Source: Craspedostauros australis (lineage: Eukaryota). From it: DNA of 39,753 bases. A program made the translations under genes and the position numbers. The DNA is taken from NCBI GenBank assembly GCA_030167865.1, contig JALAGF010001698.1, forward strand, positions 1 through 39,753, given 5' to 3'. Under the pieces are notes generated by a model that saw only the letters and a program-made list of their open reading frames with translations, searched no databases and was not told the DNA's origin. Shown in pieces: positions 35,901 to 39,753 of this stretch; the first letter of the stretch is position 1; each line of letters starts with the position of its first letter.

Positions 35901-36928
35901 AGCGAGAGCAGAGCAGCACACTCGATGAAACTGGAACACTCCACCGCGTCTTGTTGGCGGGTGCGTGCCTCCTTCGCTTTGCTTTGCGCGCAAAGGGCTC
36001 CAAGAAAGGTAGAAACAAAGACTGCTTTAGGAATGCAATCATGAATTGGTGCGTCTCGTCGGAACATGGCCATCAATTCCACCTCCGACGACTTGTGATT
36101 TCCTGCAAGCAGACTGTCTCAGCCGCCATCGTACCATTCGGGTACAGGGACCATCGACCATTCTCAAGACAACACAGGACCTCACTTTTCCCAACTGTTT
36201 CGATACCCCTGTGTTGATGTAGTGAGATCTCTCCAGAGATCCCTCTCGATGACATTCTTCGGGAAATTGTGTTCTTCGCACACTTTCTCAACAACAGCTA
36301 TGCCCACACATCACATGTGAGGTTCGCGCAGGCCAAGCAAGAGTTGTCTGTTGTGAAGCTGGCGTTGTCGCGCGAGTGCCGCTTGAGCCAACCATTGATC
36401 AAAAGTTGTATCTCTGGTCTGATAGCTGTTTGCTGAGTATTGCCGCCACAGCTTTTGGGTGCGACTGAGCAACAGTTCTGACACTTGTGCGCCTTACGTT
36501 TCGTCAAGACAATTGACGGATCCGTCTCATTGTGTCCATCCATGCCTTCTTTGGGACCCATGTTCTGGCGAACAAATATGTCACAGTTTCTCATGTGCCA
36601 AATTTGCTTGTGCGGGCTGTTGGGTCCGTGCGCAAACACTCGTTCCCGTCTTTGTTTCTCTGTGCAATTTTCTTTCTTTCGTTGCACCTTTCACTCTTGT
36701 TGGTATCTTCGCGGCGCATTTGTTCCTTGGGAACCGCGGTAAAGACCATATATTGGTCGGTTTGCCGATGGGACTCCAATAGTAGTCCAAGTAATCCGTT
36801 GCAACAAATTAGACTATCTAGAAGGTACTACCGTAGACAACAAATCGTCCTAGTGTGATCATGCTGATTAGAGTTATTCGTTAATAGTGTTATTCTTGTT
36901 CGTGTGTTCAGGGGTGGTCGGGATAGTC

Positions 36929-38849
36929 TCACTCGGTCTCTGTGCTGTCGTCATCGCCTGTTTTCAAGTTCGCGGGTGCTGGTGTGACTTCGAAATCGCT
37001 ATCGCTCTCGCTGTCCATGTGGAGGTCGATCAACACGGCCTCACGCTTTCTACGCTTCGTTTTAGCGATGCGCGGTGCGCGGGCGCAGGAGGGAACACGA
37101 GGCGGCACCACGACCGAGACGGGGACAGAAGGAACAGCGGCCGGGCTGGAACGGCATGCCATGGCACGGGGAGCACGTTTGCGAGAAGCAGAACGGCGCG
37201 CAGGGCGACGAGCGACTGTCATCCTGTGCACGGACACACGAGATGGCGAAGGAGCAGACTGGCCAATCGGAAACAAAAAGAAAGCAGGTGTGAGTGTACA
37301 AGTTGATGTCATGCGCAAGAGGCGAGTGTGGCATCGATGGGGCTTACCTCGTAGCATTCTCCGAATCCGGTTCCTCGGCGGCCTTGTGGAATCGGGGGAC
37401 GAGCAGCAGAGGACGGAACAAATGTGACTTCGTCCTCCCCAAGCGAGGAGTAATCATCCCCATCCATTGTAATGCCCGCGGGATGCTTAGTTGTTCTATT
37501 CTCCGCCTTGCGCCCGTAGCGTGCCAAGTTGGTGGCGCTGTGCACCACTGGATTCGCAGAGTACACCGGTACCAACCGAACAATCAAGAGAGGCGCATCA
37601 GCCTCCACGTCGCTGTCACGGTCGTTGAGATTGACACCCGGATTGAGGAAGTCGACACCGTGCATTGCATGATCTGGAGTCATCTCAAAACGGTCACTCA
37701 CTTGGATGGGGAGAATCTCCCGGTGAATGCGGTAGGGTTGGGGGTGTCCGCGACACATCCTGCGGACAGCAAGCGCATACGACTCGCCCCGCTCGCGTTG
37801 TCCCTGAAAAGAACGCTTGTTGAAGTGTGGAGGAAGCTTCTCATTCAGGCGGTCAAGCAGCTCCTTGTCCGTAGTCGCAGATGACCCGAGTTCGTGGTTC
37901 TGCTTCAACCCCACCTCCAAAACGCGTCCTTGCTCCTTGATGGACGCTTTGACGTCACCGTAGCAAGTCCCACCTGGCAATTCGAAAGTGATTTCGAAAA
38001 CCTCGCCATGGCCTTGAGGAGAGTACACGTGACGCACAGCAGGTAAGAAGACCAGGCTGTTCTTGTTCATCCAATCAGAAATGGATTGCGCACGACTCGG
38101 ACCCTCTTGCAAGGGTGTCCCAGATACGGCACTGTTCATAAGCATGCCGGTAGCAGAGGCAGGACGAACAGCAGCAGGAGAAGCCACAGGAACAGACGAG
38201 GGCTCAGGAGGAGCAACAGTCATCATGCTCGCCGCGTCATATGCAGGTCTGGGGGTTGGTGGCGGATGGGTGGGGACAGGTGCTGCGACGTGCGCCCGGG
38301 TTGGTGGGGCGGACGGACGGGCAGTTGTCGCGACTTCGGTTTCGCCGGCTGGTGGGGAGGCGTACGCCAAACGAGAGAATGTGTCCATTGTTTGCTTCGC
38401 GTCTTCTGGTTTCTGGGTTGATACTTTTGCGATGGTGTTGTCAAATTGTTGTTTGTATTGTACGGCATTAGCGACAAGATCAGAAACGTTCGGAGAGTTT
38501 TTGGTGTCCATTCGCACTGGATAACGGGTTAGTAACGGTTTCAAATTTGTTCATTCAGAAGTGATGTGTCTGGTTCACAAACACGCAGTGACGTACCAGC
38601 TTTGGCTTCTTTCCTGGCGCGACTTCTTTTCACGGAATTGCGCAAATTGCGCAGGTTGCGAGTAAAGTTGCGCCTTGATAAGAACGCCAAGTCGGCGTTC
38701 TCGCTCCAAACGAGTCTTGCGGGCTTATCCATGGGGATCTCACCGCTCTCGACCTGTGCCCTGAGTGCGCGGATCTGCGGGTACAGCGACTCGTTCCATG
38801 CGACCCCATCGGGACTGTCCTGTTTCTCCGTAGCAGCTTTTCGTGGCAT
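36929..38849 (-). CDS. Element-encoded 583-aa protein: basic helical N-terminal domain, Pro-rich linker, HSP20/alpha-crystallin-like domain, basic/acidic tail; exons 38849-38597, 38516-37348, 37258-36929
   Basis: Intron 38596-38517 (80 nt: GTACGT..TACTAAC..CCAG, phase 1) and intron 37347-37259 (89 nt: GTAAGC..CCAG, phase 0) join three ORFs into one 1752-nt frame. Many synonymous differences from copy 1. Confidence 0.75.
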
Positions 38850-39544
38850 GTTGCAGTGGCACTTACTGTTGAATTGGGGATCAGCAACAGCTACACGTCT
38901 GTCAATGTTGGATCCAAGTTGATTATGAGATGGAGACTGCATCTTGACTTCGTTGCATTCCGCAGAGTAGAGGTTGCCGCGGGTGATCAACATGCGGCTT
39001 GCGATGTGCAGCATCCGTGCTTGAGAGGATGAGGGACCCATCAATCAACGTGTCGCAGCGTGGTAACAGTCAACGCGAAACATCGGCAGGAGAAACACTG
39101 TACAAAACACGTGTGGTGTAGAGCTCTACTCTGCCCATTTAGTTTTCAACGCATGCTGTTTGCCTGGCCAATCCCACGTTCAGTACGGCTTGCTTTAGCT
39201 GTAATTAGAATAAATGTATACATCTACTATATATATGTTAGTATTAGCATCTTATACTATATCCCTAGGCATATAAGTGTATACCTACCGTTAGTCTAGA
39301 CTCAATGCTCAACGTACGAAAAAGGACGGCTCCGGTGAGTCGACGATTGTGGAGGCACATGGTTCTTCTGTCGTGTGCGACACTCGCCCGGCGTATTCGC
39401 CGGCCACTTGTCTTCNTCGTTGACNTTTCACCATGTGCTTCATGGCGCACGACGTGGGGAGCTGGTATCTGNGNAGCCGTTGGAGCACCGATGTTTGACT
39501 CGCGTGCGCTGCACCATGTGCCTCTAAACGTCAAGCATCGGAAT

Positions 39545-39710
39545 AGACACCGACACGACATGGAATAACCGCAGACACGAACCAGGATCTTCGTGGATGC
39601 AACATGGAATCGTGTTAGAAACGAGCCAGGATGGGTGGAGACATGGCACAGAATCGCACCAGACACGAACCAGGACGTCCGGAGACACGGCACAGGACAG
39701 TCACAGAGAA
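39545..39710. repeat. Degenerate tandem repeat with a 44-bp period
   Basis: ACGA(A/G)CCAGGA at 39577, 39621 and 39665; GGAGACA(T/C)GGCACAG at 39637 and 39681; ACATGGAAT at 39558 and 39602. Confidence 0.8.
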
Positions 39711-39753
39711 CACATCGACACGAAATGAGCACCAAATGAGCATCCAATTACCG

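Larger units (their letters stand above)
36728..39753 (-). mobile_element. Interspersed element, copy 2 (~3 kb), putative non-autonomous TIR DNA transposon
   Basis: Inverted copy of 1-1592. Begins TGGGAACCGCGGTAAAG, and the window ends in TTACCG, which fits a truncated inverted terminus. Subterminal repeats at 39352-39710. No transposase seen. The extent beyond 38295 is inferred. Confidence 0.65.

Noticed and set aside
38541-38544. Bacterial-style overlapping stop/start coupling of two ORFs
   Set aside because: The overlap lies inside a canonical 80-nt spliceosomal intron, so the ORFs are exons of one gene.
36929-38849. Element protein as a Fanzor/TnpB nuclease, transposase, reverse transcriptase or tyrosine recombinase
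   Set aside because: No RuvC D-E-D with zinc finger, DDE, YxDD, HUH or RHRY motifs are recognisable in the spliced 583-aa product.
39545-39710. CRISPR-like repeat-spacer array
   Set aside because: The 'spacers' resemble each other (GGAGACAYGGCACAG and ACATGGAAT recur), the repeats are degenerate, there are no cas genes, and the context is eukaryotic.

Overview
This is eukaryotic genomic DNA, most likely from a diatom (inferred from a DUF6824/CRAL-TRIO-like gene, a CSRNP-like 'VRFSTVEIREY' protein, GT-AG introns and microsatellite-rich spacers). The middle ~30 kb holds ten host genes, for which I derived exon structures by hand: an acylated acidic repeat protein, a GT7-like/GT61 glycosyltransferase fusion, a Sec14/CRAL-TRIO protein with an FFAT motif, a DnaJ/DnaJ-X protein, a proteasome beta-2 subunit with a signal-peptide-like presequence, a CSRNP-like protein, a DUF6824 protein, a second CRAL-TRIO protein, a hotdog thioesterase and a chromate transporter. 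Both ends of the window carry copies, in opposite orientation, of one interspersed element (<1-1592, +; 36728->39753, -). The element has a sharp end (..TTACCGCGGTTCCCA), and the window stops on TTACCG, which may be the start of the matching terminal inverted repeat. It also has subterminal repeated motifs and a hairpin-rich 3' end that is more conserved than its coding sequence. It carries a 3-exon, 583-aa gene that the ORF track splits into three ORFs. The protein has a basic helical N-terminal domain and an apparent HSP20/alpha-crystallin-like domain, and no transposase is visible. This element is the best candidate for something undescribed. Family assignments come from motif recognition only and no database searches were run.
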